A DNA stretch of 34,081 nt. It comes from a virus (lineage: Duplodnaviria > Caudoviricetes). The notes below the pieces were generated by a model. That model was not told where the DNA came from and did not search any database. It worked only from the letters and a program-made list of their open reading frames with translations. Location of the stretch: positions 1 through 34,081 of the IMG/VR virus record IMGVR_UViG_3300016667_000440; one strand, 5' to 3'. Both the position numbers and the translations under genes were made by a program. This document shows, piece after piece, positions 18,452 through 28,397 of this stretch. How positions within the stretch are numbered: the first letter of the stretch is position 1; every line of letters begins with the position of its first letter.

Positions 18452-20076
18452 TATTCACATTTAATTGGTATAGTACCATCATTTACTAAACTGTTAAAAG
18501 CTCTAGTTTCATCACTAGACATATCTACTCCAATATCAGTAGCTGTATCTCCAACATTGCCTACAAATGATTTAAATCCTTCTATAGTAGGATTAGTTGT
18601 TGTATCAAGATATTGAGAGTATAGTTGTAGAGCTTGTTGTTTTTGTTGTGGGGTTATAAATAAATCTGCTAAGTAACCACTAGTACTTATTACTTTATTT
18701 GTAGGAACTTTAGCTACTGTAGCATCTATATCAGATTTCCAATCTTCAAATCCATAAGTAGCACCTCTCTCATCAAACCTTCTTTTAAACTCTGCTTTGG
18801 GTATGGTAATTACTTTATCAAAATCTGACATTCTTTCTTTAAGAATATTAGTATTTGATACAAATAAAATCTTACCTTCTCTTTGAGCCTGTACTTTTAA
18901 TCTATCATAAAGATTAAGCATAAACTCATTATACTCTTTAGGTTTTCTACCTTTATATTCTTGTCTAGTTTCAGAACCTCTATTAGCATCTACAAAAGCA
19001 TTGACTTCATTTTTATAATCATCATCAAGAGTTATAAATCTTCCCTCACCTTGTTTCTTTAAAAAGCTTTTACCAATAGTAGGATGCCCAAATACTACTT
19101 TATCATTAGGAGTAATCATTTGATTAAACCCTAAAGCTTCATACACAGCATTAGCTAATTCAGGATTAGATTCAAATAGTTCTGATACACCTGGTTTAAC
19201 ACTATAACCATATCTTTTTTCTATAACTTTAGTAGTAGCGTTGATTATTTCATCTAAAGCAGAATAATCTTTATTTACAAATCCTAATTTTTCTAAAATG
19301 CCGTTTATTATTTTAACAAATTCTTCATAAACACTTGATTTTTTACCTCCTTTATACCCAGATAGTGTAACATTTTTAAGCTTTGCTTGAAAATTAGGAT
19401 TAGTCATTCCCTCTGTATAAAATTCCCACCATCCTATAACACCATATTCATTTTTAAATTCAGGTAAAGTTTTTACATAATCAAATAAAGTAATTAATTC
19501 TGTTCTAAATTCCTGTTCTTCATTAATAACTGTATCTAACAAACTATGTAAAAATTCATGAAGTTTATATCTAGAAGGTTCAGTTGTTGATTTAGAATTA
19601 AAAATAACGGTTGGTTTTTCAAAAAGTTCCCTTTCATTAAGTCCTATAATATTTCCTTGATATTTATCATTTATTACAAAATCAAAACTATTTAATTTAT
19701 TTAAATCTATAGAAAGTAAAAAACTTTTTAATTTTTTTTCAAAATCATTTACAGGAATAATGCTTTCTAAAAATTGTTTAGCTGTTACTTTATTACCTTC
19801 TTTTTTAAGATTTATTATTTCTTGTTCAGAAAGTGTTTTGCCAAAATCAGAATAATCTGCAAAACTTCTTTTAGACTCAAATAGTTTTGCTATTCCTGGT
19901 TTAACACTAGTTATAGGAGAAATACCCAACTCTTGTAAAGTTGGGTATCTATCATATATTTCATTCTCAGTCATCCATTTAGAAACCATCATAGCAAACA
20001 CGCCTTGTTTCTGTCCACTTTCAGCTAGTAGCTTTTGGAATTCAGGATTACTAATTGTTATACAAAATATAGCCAT
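18451..20076 (-). CDS. polyvalent protein: zincin-like metallopeptidase plus P-loop kinase-like domain
   Basis: HEFLH at 19546-19560 with a downstream EFYTEGMTNPNF; GHPTIGKS at 19066-19089; repeated SVKPGxxxLFES segments. Confidence 0.75.
   Translation of the reverse strand: MAIFCITISNPEFQKLLAESGQKQGVFAMMVSKWMTENEIYDRYPTLQELGISPITSVKPGIAKLFESKRSFADYSDFGKTLSEQEIINLKKEGNKVTAKQFLESIIPVNDFEKKLKSFLLSIDLNKLNSFDFVINDKYQGNIIGLNERELFEKPTVIFNSKSTTEPSRYKLHEFLHSLLDTVINEEQEFRTELITLFDYVKTLPEFKNEYGVIGWWEFYTEGMTNPNFQAKLKNVTLSGYKGGKKSSVYEEFVKIINGILEKLGFVNKDYSALDEIINATTKVIEKRYGYSVKPGVSELFESNPELANAVYEALGFNQMITPNDKVVFGHPTIGKSFLKKQGEGRFITLDDDYKNEVNAFVDANRGSETRQEYKGRKPKEYNEFMLNLYDRLKVQAQREGKILFVSNTNILKERMSDFDKVITIPKAEFKRRFDERGATYGFEDWKSDIDATVAKVPTNKVISTSGYLADLFITPQQKQQALQLYSQYLDTTTNPTIEGFKSFVGNVGDTATDIGVDMSSDETRAFNSLVNDGTIPIKCE
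19166..19909. repeat. 39 bp imperfect direct repeat pair (19166-19204 and 19871-19909) flanking the zincin domain
   Basis: ttagattcaaatagttctgatacacctggtttaacacta vs ttagactcaaatagttttgctattcctggtttaacacta, 34/39 identical and in frame. Confidence 0.9.
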
Positions 20077-20486
20077 TAGTGTAGATTTTCGAGTTTGTAC
20101 ACAACATGAGCAAATTGCTCAAGTATATTATCAATCATTTGTTGTATATAACCTTCAGTAACTTTAGTTCTCATAGACTCAATCTTAGCCATTTCTTTCT
20201 TAATATAAGAAATAGGTTCTACATTATTAGTAATATTCATACTAGTGTAGTTCATCATAAGACCAGTCTTAACAAAACTCTTTTCTACTAAATCATCATT
20301 AAGATCAGCTAGTGATGAGTAGAATGCACCAAGAGCTTCATGCATTGCAAATGATTTATCTCTTGCTTGTAAATGTACTATATGCATTTGAATTTCAACT
20401 TCAAATAAGCATTGTGATATAGCTTGCACAGCAGCTTTAGTTGAACCAGCAGGTTCCATTTGACTTCCTTTTAGTTTAGGTAACAT
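20076..20486 (-). CDS. ferritin/Dps-like four-helix protein (DUF5856-like)
   Basis: HIVHLQ...SFAMHEALGAFY..L.DL.D.LVE...MIDNI......YKL matches phage Dps/ferritin-like proteins. Confidence 0.8.
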   Translation of the reverse strand: MLPKLKGSQMEPAGSTKAAVQAISQCLFEVEIQMHIVHLQARDKSFAMHEALGAFYSSLADLNDDLVEKSFVKTGLMMNYTSMNITNNVEPISYIKKEMAKIESMRTKVTEGYIQQMIDNILEQFAHVVYKLENLH

Positions 20487-20506
20487 AATATTTTATATTT
20501 ATTTAT

Positions 20507-23500
20507 TTAACAATTAATCATAAATTTAATTGCTTTTTCTTTATCAATTAGTAACATTGTATTTAATTGATCTATAGCATCTTTTTCAGATTCAGCACCA
20601 TACTTAGCTATCATTTTATCTAATATAGTAAATTTTAGTTCATCTGAAAAACCTTTAAGATTATAAAATGTATCAGCTTGTGGTGTAGTTTGTAATCTAG
20701 GATTAGAACTACTAATAGATTTACCTAACTGTTGTTCTACATGTTTACCAATTATATCTACAAACTCATTTGCTAATTCATTACTAAGTTGAGCAAATCT
20801 TTTTTCTACAGCAACTGTTCTTCTATTTGCTATAATAATATCATCTCGATTTATTTTACTTAACTCTTTTGCTAAAGGTCTTAAAGCATCTAATCTTTTC
20901 TTGTCTTCTTCAGTAAGAAAATCAAACTCATTTAAATTTAAATCTGCTAATATCATTATATTATCAGCAACTTGATCTATAGATGTTTTAAAAGCATTTA
21001 ATCTACCTTTTGGTCTAGGACCTTCACGAAAATCATTTGATAAAATTACTTTAGCATTTCCATAAGCATCTAATCTTTCATTAAGTCCTTCTATAGGTGT
21101 AAAAGTATTATCAGAAACATCAGCTTGTGGTTGAGTATTAGGTAATAATTTATCAAAGTTTTCATTAAACACAATGTTAAATGGAATAGGTCCAGCAGAA
21201 CTAAACATGTCTGCCATTTCTTTTCCTGTATATCCATTTAGATTGCTTTCAGAATAATCAGACACTAAAAACTCTTTTTCTGGATTTTGCTTAGCATATT
21301 CATATAAACCTTTAATTTCTTCTATAATTTCTTGAGGAGTACTAGATTTTTTTACATCATAATATTTTTTAGTTACAATACCATAAGATTTTCCTTGAAT
21401 TCCTCTAGGTTTTCCTTGTATTGCTCCAAATCTTTCTTTAGCTAATTTAGCAGCTCCTGCTCCATGAGTAGGAGCACCACCTTTAGAACTACCTATATTT
21501 GAGCCAAATACAAATATTTGATTATCTTTTAAAGTAGTTATTTTTCCAGAGTATGTTTTTCTAGTAGTACTTACACTAGCTTGTGGTTGAGTAGGTGTAG
21601 TAGATTGAGTAGATCGAGCAGGTTTAGTAGGTTTATTAACTGATTGTTTAATTGCATTTTTTATTTCATAAACTAAATCCTTAAACTTACTTATATCTTG
21701 AGTATAATCCATACCATCATATCCACCTATTGGATTTATAATTTCATCTGTTACAGTATTTACTAACTTTATTTTACCATTAGTATATCTAAAAGTTCTA
21801 AATATTTTAAACGGATTAATTTCTTCCTCATTTGGATTATATAAATCTTCATCAGGATTATATGAAGTATCTTCATTATCTGGAGCAGGAGCAAAATCAT
21901 CTGGATCAAAAGGTGATTCATTCTCAACACCTCCCATATCAGCTAATACTTCTAAAGCTTCATTTTCAAGTTCTTCTTCTCTAAGTTTACTAAAATAACC
22001 ACCAATTTTATTTTTATATACTTTCTCATTAAATGAATTACTTAGCATAAATTTAACAGTAAAATCTGCTAATTTCTCATCAGTAATTGATTTAGGATCT
22101 AAATTAACTAACGCCTCCAGGATATTTTTTTGTGCTTCATAAGATATTACTTTAGAGTATTGATAAGTACCATTACTAATACCTGATTGAAATATATTAA
22201 AAATTACTAAATCATTATATAAACTTGGATTAAGACTTTTTAATTCTTGATAAGCTTCAATTAAACTGTTTGATTCACCTACAGTTAATTGAGTTAAAAA
22301 TATTTTTAAATTATCAATTGCTATATCTCTTTCAACATTATTACCTATTTTCTTATTTAATATTGGTACTAAGTTTTGAATAATAGGATTGTTTATATAT
22401 TTTTCATCATATTTAATATCTTGAATCTTCCTAGGAAGGCTATTATTACCTGTAAATAATTTATTAAATCTATCTTTAAATTTACCTGATTCATTTTGTA
22501 TTAAATAAGTAATTAAACTTTCATCAAACTTTTGTATTGCTTTTTTCTTTTCTTCATTTGTAAATATATGAGAAAATAAATTAAGTTTTATTTGGTTTAA
22601 TTTTTCTTTAACAATTTTATTTTGTCTAGTAATATATAGTTTACCAAATACATCACTGATAGATTGTCTACTATTAACAAATGGAGCTAATAATGTTTCA
22701 TTTAAAAGTTTTTCTACATCTTCTTGAGGTACAATACCCTCATCAGACATAACCTCTGCATATAAGTTAATAGTAACATCATCTACTTCAGAAGGACTTT
22801 TTAGATACCTTGTATCAGCAGAAATTAAATCTTTAACTTTAGTTATTGCTTTAGCTTGATCTGAAGCTGCAATATAAGTTAAAAGATTACTCATTTCATC
22901 TTTACTATATTTTGTTCTTAAAAAATCTAGTATTAGTTTATTTGAAGATAATCCAGGATAAGCATTTGTTGATAAAGCACGTCTAGCATTTTTTATTTTT
23001 AAATACTGTACAACAATTGGAGAATCTATAATATCAATAATACTTTGAGTTGGAGTACCTCTACTTACTAAATAACAAACAGTATTTAAAGTACTAAGAC
23101 ATATATTAACAAACGCAGCATAATCATCTTTAACAATATCTACTTGACTAGTCATTAAAGCACTATATATATTTTCTACTTCTTCTTTTAAATCAGTAGT
23201 AGTAGTATTAGCTAATTGTATATAATTACCAACTTGTGTATTATTAATACCAGGTATATTTAATTTAGCACTAGATTTAAGTCTAATATTATATCTTTCA
23301 GCAATATTTTGAAATGTAATCCAAGTAGCAATAATACCTACACCTTTTTTACCACCAGTAAAGTTTAAAACTGCATCAACTAAAGCATCAAGTTGAAACA
23401 TATTAATACCAGGCTTGTTGGCTATTTTTAAGTTAGCCTTTTGTTTATTTTTAGCAATTTGTTTAAAACTACCTTCAATTACAGGAGTTAAGAATCTTTT

Positions 23501-26500
23501 AGCTCTAGCAGGATGAAGTAGTAATTTTAATTCTATATCAAGAAGTCTATTTTCATGAGCTTGTTTTGGATTAAGATCACTAATATCTACTTGATTAAAT
23601 TGATCTCTATAAGAGTCTTTAATAGTTTCTCTATTAATATATAATAATTCTAGTATATCTTTTTTCTGAGCATTAATATCAGTTTTTCTTTGCTTACTTT
23701 GTTTATCATATAATAAGATATTATCAATAACTGTTTGTATATATCTTACATCTTCAAACAATTGTTTTTTTGTTTTATCTAATTCTTCAAAGTTTTCAAT
23801 ATAAGTTTTAGCTTCTTTAGCTTCACTTCTAGTTTTTCTATATACTTTATCTAAATACTTACTTATTTCTATAGCTCTATCACGCTTTTCTTTTCTAGCT
23901 TTATTAAGTGCATCAAAAGCATCTTTAATGTTATTTGTTTTAGAACCAGTAATATTTTCTACAAAATTATAAAACTGTTTAAATTCTTCTTTAACATTTA
24001 ATTTATTAGCTAATTCTTGTTCTTTAATATCAACTAAATCTTCAACTAATGCTGAATAATCTTGATCATTATCTAAAACTTCTTTACCTATAGTATTATA
24101 AAACCAATTATCAAATAAGTTTTCTTTATTATATTCATATTGATAAGGTTTATTACTATCATTTAAGTTAGGCATATAGATAGTTAATTTATCAATATCA
24201 TAATCCGATCCATTTTTTACAATAAACTCACTAGGAACTAATATTGTTTGATTATAGATAGGATTTAACCATCTCCTTACTCTGAGTACATCTGTACTAG
24301 ATAATTGCTGATGTGGAATCCTAAGTGCCTTTATCATAGGTACATCATCAAGATTACCTGACTCAAACTTTTGATCTAACTCAGCATTTAAAATATCTAA
24401 TAGTTTATTAATATTTCTACCAGCTTGTGGATATTGTTGAAATAACTTATCTATATCTTTAGGATTTAAAGGCATTGCACATTCTGCAGGTATTAATTCT
24501 AATACATTACCATTCTCATCAAGTATAGGTTGGTAATACTTTAAATAACTACCTGCTGTAAACTTACCATCAAGTACTTGTCTACTAGCACTTTCCCATC
24601 CAGTACTAGGAGCTTGTGGTAACATAGTACCATTTCTTTTTAATATAAGAATATTGTTAGTAATAATACTAGTTAAGATATATTGTACTTTGTTATAATT
24701 AGGTAATGATTCAATTGGTTTTAAGTTTTCATCAGAATCTAACCAATTTACAATAGCATCTAAAATATTATCTGGAGTACCTCTTTCAACAGCAGCATCT
24801 TTAATAAGATTAACAAATCCTATAGGATCAGTTATATTATTAGCATTATCTATTTTATACTCATCAAATAAAGTATTAGTTAATTTATTAACATAATCAC
24901 TAATTGCTTGATCTTTTTCTTCTAAAAGATTAAATAAATCAGATTGTTGTCTTTGTTCTTCATAAGATAAACTATCCCATTGTTCTACAATACCATTAAA
25001 ATCAATAGGTAACTCACCATCTAACATAATACCAGCATTCTCATTCTTTCTAGCCTGAGTAGCATCAACTATTTTATCTTTAGTTTCATAAGCAATTTCT
25101 TGTTGCTTACCCATATATCTAAAATCTAATACACCTCTTTCATTATCTTCAATAGCAAGTGTATTAAATCCAACAGTATATTGACCATCTTCTGTTTTTA
25201 TAGTATTATAAAAATCTCTAGAAGTAGCAGCACCAAATTTAGCTGCAGAACTAAAATGTATAACATCTATACCATTTTCTAGCATAAAGTTATTAAGTTG
25301 TTCTAATACAGTACCTCTAACCATACTAGGCATTAAAAATCCATAAGATGTTTTTCTACCTGCAACAACTCCTATTCTATCTTGCCAATTACCATCAGTA
25401 CCTTCTGCAATATAATCTTCTCTACTTTTTTGATAGTTAGGACCTACATATTGAAATTTTTGTTGTGTAAAAGGTCTTAAACTATTGTTAATATAATATT
25501 CAGCTGACATACCTTCAGGTACAGTGTATAGATTATAAAACTCTTCTTCAGTAGCACTAATTGCTTTAATTTCTTTCTTAGCTAATTCTAACCTACCAGG
25601 ATTAATACCTTCAGTTCTAAATAAAGTTTCTATAGCAAAGAATATATTACCTATACTATAACCATCTGATTCTTCAAATCCTTTAGTATAAGCTTGATAC
25701 TCAGGTGAATTTTCACCAAATAATGTTTTAAGTTCATTACCAATAGAACTTATTGTTTCAGGATCATTAATAATTAACTCATTAATGTCACCATTAAAAT
25801 CTTTTTTATATTCAAATGTTTTACCATCTAAAGTAATTTTAAAATCATTTGACTTTAAAATTGAATTTAAGAAACTATTAGTAGTATTATCAACAACAGA
25901 TACTTGTTTAGTTGATGATTGCATATTTAACCTTTTAATCATATCATAGATTAAAATACCATCTTTTGCTTTAGCACTATATAAAGCAGGATCACCAAAA
26001 AATAGTTTAGATTGTTCTACAGCACTAATAAAATGTTTAGCTGCAGCAATTTTTATAAGTTCATCATAGTTATTTTTAATAGCAGGAATACGTTTAAAAT
26101 ATTCTTCAGCTACTGCTTTATCAATACCATCACCTTTACCTGTACTATTTATTTCAGCCATTTGGGCTTTAACAACACTAGTATCAAGATAGTTATTTAC
26201 CCATTTATTAACTAACTTTTGAACATTTACATCACTTGATAAGTTATAAGTATTAAGGTTTTCTTTAAGTAACTTATCTAATATTTTATTATCATTTTCA
26301 GTTTTACCAAATAAACCATCAAATAAAACAAAGTTAACTCCTTGTTTATCCATTAAAGGTATACCTGTTTTAGTAGTTCTAACTGATTTAATTCTTTTAA
26401 GTTCAGTTCTTAAATATTGATATATATAAGTTTTAAATTTATTTTCCCAATCAGGAGCAGAATAAAATTCACCTCCATTACCTAAAATATCAGTAGAACC

Positions 26501-28381
26501 ATAAGGCATTTTAATACCAAGAAAACTACTTCTATCTGAATGTTTAACTGGTGTTAATACATTATGTAAATTACTATTAATAAATGTAGACCAAAGATCT
26601 GTTTCAACCATTGAACCTGTAGTAGTATTCTCATTTTTAGTTGTAGATTTCATACCATCTAAAAGAGAAAACTCAATATTTTCACCATCTATTAGTCTTT
26701 CAAGAATCATACTATCTGATGACCATAGATTTAATATTTCAGGAGTTTCATTTTCTAATTGTTCTAAAATTAGTTTTTTAAGTTTATTTTGATCTTTTAA
26801 TTTAGAATTATTTTTTCTAACTTTTTTAATAGTATTTTTAACTCTATTTAATAATAAAGTTTGATAACTATTTAAGTTATTTTTAGATATTCTATCACCA
26901 TTACTATTAAATAACTGACCATCATAATCTTGTCTATAAGGACTATTATGTTCTATTAAACCAACACTTAATACATATAAATCTTTATTTACTTTAGGAT
27001 TAAATAGTTCTTCAAAATCAAAGTCTTTTCTTTTTAAATTCTTTTCTAAGTTATCTATAAAATCTGATACTACATCTATAAAAGTATTATTAGCACCTTT
27101 AATAAGTATAGTATTATTAGATGCTGGTGAATCAGGATCTAATAAATCATAATTGGCTATAGGAAATTCTAATAACTCTAAAATTTCTTCAGCTTCTTTA
27201 TCTTTAATTAATTCTTTTAACTCAGATACAAAATTTTTATCAAGAAGTTTATTTAATAAACCACTTCTCCATTCATCCATCATCTTACGCTGAATACTAT
27301 TACTATCAGCATCTTGAGGTTTAATTACATAACCATTTTCACCAGGTTGTACTACATAAGTTATTAAGTTATACTTATTATTACTAAATGATTGTATAAA
27401 CTTAATCATTAAGTTAATCTTTGGTAAAGATGTTATACTATTATCTTTTAATTCAGCAATAGTATTACCTTCATCATCTGAAATAACATCAATAGCATTA
27501 AATACTTTATTATATAACCATTGTAATTCTGGAAATTGATCTTTATTATTTTCTATAACTTCTATAAAATTTTCTACTGTTGGAGTTACATTAGCAAATA
27601 AATTAGTTAATGTGTTATTAATTTCACTTTGATCCATAGCTCTAATTAATCCTAATGCATCTTCAGATTCATTAATATCATAACTAGAAAAATCTTTTAA
27701 ATCTTCAGCATTTAATAATCTAGGAACACCTGATAATAATAATTTAATACCTCTAGAAAAACTATCTTTTCTATTTTGTTCAATAGATTCTTTTATCCAA
27801 CTATCTTTAATTTGTTCTTTATTATTATTGTTTTGAGTATCTTTATCTTCATCTTCTTGATTTTCTTTAAAATTTAATACAGTACTCATATAAGTTTTAA
27901 ATTGCTCATATACTGCATTACGATGACTACCTTCTGAAGGATCAACACCTAAGTCTTCAGCTAAATTATTATTAGCATAATCTTGAGCTAAAGCAATAGA
28001 AATTTCATCATGCTGTTCTGGTAAATTATTAATAACTTTACTTAATGCTTTTTCATATACTGGTTGAAAAATTTCAGCCGCATCCATACTATCATCTAAA
28101 AGATTAGCATAGTCTTGACTATTATCTAAATCATTAACTAAAGTACTAATAAAATAATATTTTAAACTACTAAACAATTCATTTCTTTGAGCAGCATTTA
28201 ATTCTACACCTTCAAAAATAAATTTATTAAGTATATCAGGTGTTTGTTTAAGTATTTTATCAGCTTCTTTTAATGAAGGTATAACACCATTATTTCTATA
28301 ATATAAAAGATAAGCTTTATCTTCTTTATACTTAGCTTCTAAAGCTTTCCATTCATCAGTATTTATATTAGGACACGTCAT
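20507..28381 (-). CDS. crAss-like virion-packaged single-subunit double-psi-beta-barrel RNA polymerase with C-terminal accessory domains
   Basis: 2624 aa. Catalytic GSDYDIDKL (DYDID at 24191-24205) preceded by RIPHQQLSS; also FFGDP..Y, KR, DG, SAAK and KQQE motifs. Size and context match phi14:2 gp66-type RNAPs, which carry DFDID. Confidence 0.9.
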   Translation of the reverse strand: MTCPNINTDEWKALEAKYKEDKAYLLYYRNNGVIPSLKEADKILKQTPDILNKFIFEGVELNAAQRNELFSSLKYYFISTLVNDLDNSQDYANLLDDSMDAAEIFQPVYEKALSKVINNLPEQHDEISIALAQDYANNNLAEDLGVDPSEGSHRNAVYEQFKTYMSTVLNFKENQEDEDKDTQNNNNKEQIKDSWIKESIEQNRKDSFSRGIKLLLSGVPRLLNAEDLKDFSSYDINESEDALGLIRAMDQSEINNTLTNLFANVTPTVENFIEVIENNKDQFPELQWLYNKVFNAIDVISDDEGNTIAELKDNSITSLPKINLMIKFIQSFSNNKYNLITYVVQPGENGYVIKPQDADSNSIQRKMMDEWRSGLLNKLLDKNFVSELKELIKDKEAEEILELLEFPIANYDLLDPDSPASNNTILIKGANNTFIDVVSDFIDNLEKNLKRKDFDFEELFNPKVNKDLYVLSVGLIEHNSPYRQDYDGQLFNSNGDRISKNNLNSYQTLLLNRVKNTIKKVRKNNSKLKDQNKLKKLILEQLENETPEILNLWSSDSMILERLIDGENIEFSLLDGMKSTTKNENTTTGSMVETDLWSTFINSNLHNVLTPVKHSDRSSFLGIKMPYGSTDILGNGGEFYSAPDWENKFKTYIYQYLRTELKRIKSVRTTKTGIPLMDKQGVNFVLFDGLFGKTENDNKILDKLLKENLNTYNLSSDVNVQKLVNKWVNNYLDTSVVKAQMAEINSTGKGDGIDKAVAEEYFKRIPAIKNNYDELIKIAAAKHFISAVEQSKLFFGDPALYSAKAKDGILIYDMIKRLNMQSSTKQVSVVDNTTNSFLNSILKSNDFKITLDGKTFEYKKDFNGDINELIINDPETISSIGNELKTLFGENSPEYQAYTKGFEESDGYSIGNIFFAIETLFRTEGINPGRLELAKKEIKAISATEEEFYNLYTVPEGMSAEYYINNSLRPFTQQKFQYVGPNYQKSREDYIAEGTDGNWQDRIGVVAGRKTSYGFLMPSMVRGTVLEQLNNFMLENGIDVIHFSSAAKFGAATSRDFYNTIKTEDGQYTVGFNTLAIEDNERGVLDFRYMGKQQEIAYETKDKIVDATQARKNENAGIMLDGELPIDFNGIVEQWDSLSYEEQRQQSDLFNLLEEKDQAISDYVNKLTNTLFDEYKIDNANNITDPIGFVNLIKDAAVERGTPDNILDAIVNWLDSDENLKPIESLPNYNKVQYILTSIITNNILILKRNGTMLPQAPSTGWESASRQVLDGKFTAGSYLKYYQPILDENGNVLELIPAECAMPLNPKDIDKLFQQYPQAGRNINKLLDILNAELDQKFESGNLDDVPMIKALRIPHQQLSSTDVLRVRRWLNPIYNQTILVPSEFIVKNGSDYDIDKLTIYMPNLNDSNKPYQYEYNKENLFDNWFYNTIGKEVLDNDQDYSALVEDLVDIKEQELANKLNVKEEFKQFYNFVENITGSKTNNIKDAFDALNKARKEKRDRAIEISKYLDKVYRKTRSEAKEAKTYIENFEELDKTKKQLFEDVRYIQTVIDNILLYDKQSKQRKTDINAQKKDILELLYINRETIKDSYRDQFNQVDISDLNPKQAHENRLLDIELKLLLHPARAKRFLTPVIEGSFKQIAKNKQKANLKIANKPGINMFQLDALVDAVLNFTGGKKGVGIIATWITFQNIAERYNIRLKSSAKLNIPGINNTQVGNYIQLANTTTTDLKEEVENIYSALMTSQVDIVKDDYAAFVNICLSTLNTVCYLVSRGTPTQSIIDIIDSPIVVQYLKIKNARRALSTNAYPGLSSNKLILDFLRTKYSKDEMSNLLTYIAASDQAKAITKVKDLISADTRYLKSPSEVDDVTINLYAEVMSDEGIVPQEDVEKLLNETLLAPFVNSRQSISDVFGKLYITRQNKIVKEKLNQIKLNLFSHIFTNEEKKKAIQKFDESLITYLIQNESGKFKDRFNKLFTGNNSLPRKIQDIKYDEKYINNPIIQNLVPILNKKIGNNVERDIAIDNLKIFLTQLTVGESNSLIEAYQELKSLNPSLYNDLVIFNIFQSGISNGTYQYSKVISYEAQKNILEALVNLDPKSITDEKLADFTVKFMLSNSFNEKVYKNKIGGYFSKLREEELENEALEVLADMGGVENESPFDPDDFAPAPDNEDTSYNPDEDLYNPNEEEINPFKIFRTFRYTNGKIKLVNTVTDEIINPIGGYDGMDYTQDISKFKDLVYEIKNAIKQSVNKPTKPARSTQSTTPTQPQASVSTTRKTYSGKITTLKDNQIFVFGSNIGSSKGGAPTHGAGAAKLAKERFGAIQGKPRGIQGKSYGIVTKKYYDVKKSSTPQEIIEEIKGLYEYAKQNPEKEFLVSDYSESNLNGYTGKEMADMFSSAGPIPFNIVFNENFDKLLPNTQPQADVSDNTFTPIEGLNERLDAYGNAKVILSNDFREGPRPKGRLNAFKTSIDQVADNIMILADLNLNEFDFLTEEDKKRLDALRPLAKELSKINRDDIIIANRRTVAVEKRFAQLSNELANEFVDIIGKHVEQQLGKSISSSNPRLQTTPQADTFYNLKGFSDELKFTILDKMIAKYGAESEKDAIDQLNTMLLIDKEKAIKFMINC
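20672..21593. repeat. three short direct repeats encoding TQPQA-type linkers in the RNAP C-terminus
   Basis: agcttgtggttgagta is exact at 21578-21593 and 21122-21137; atcagcttgtggt is exact at 21119-21131 and 20672-20684. Confidence 0.88.
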
Positions 28382-28397
28382 ATTAAAATTTTATTTA

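Noticed and set aside
18451-21600. CRISPR array or diversity-generating retroelement explanation for the direct repeats
   Set aside because: The repeats are few, in frame and separated by 450-700 bp coding domains. Mismatches are not adenine-specific, and no reverse transcriptase or cas gene is present.
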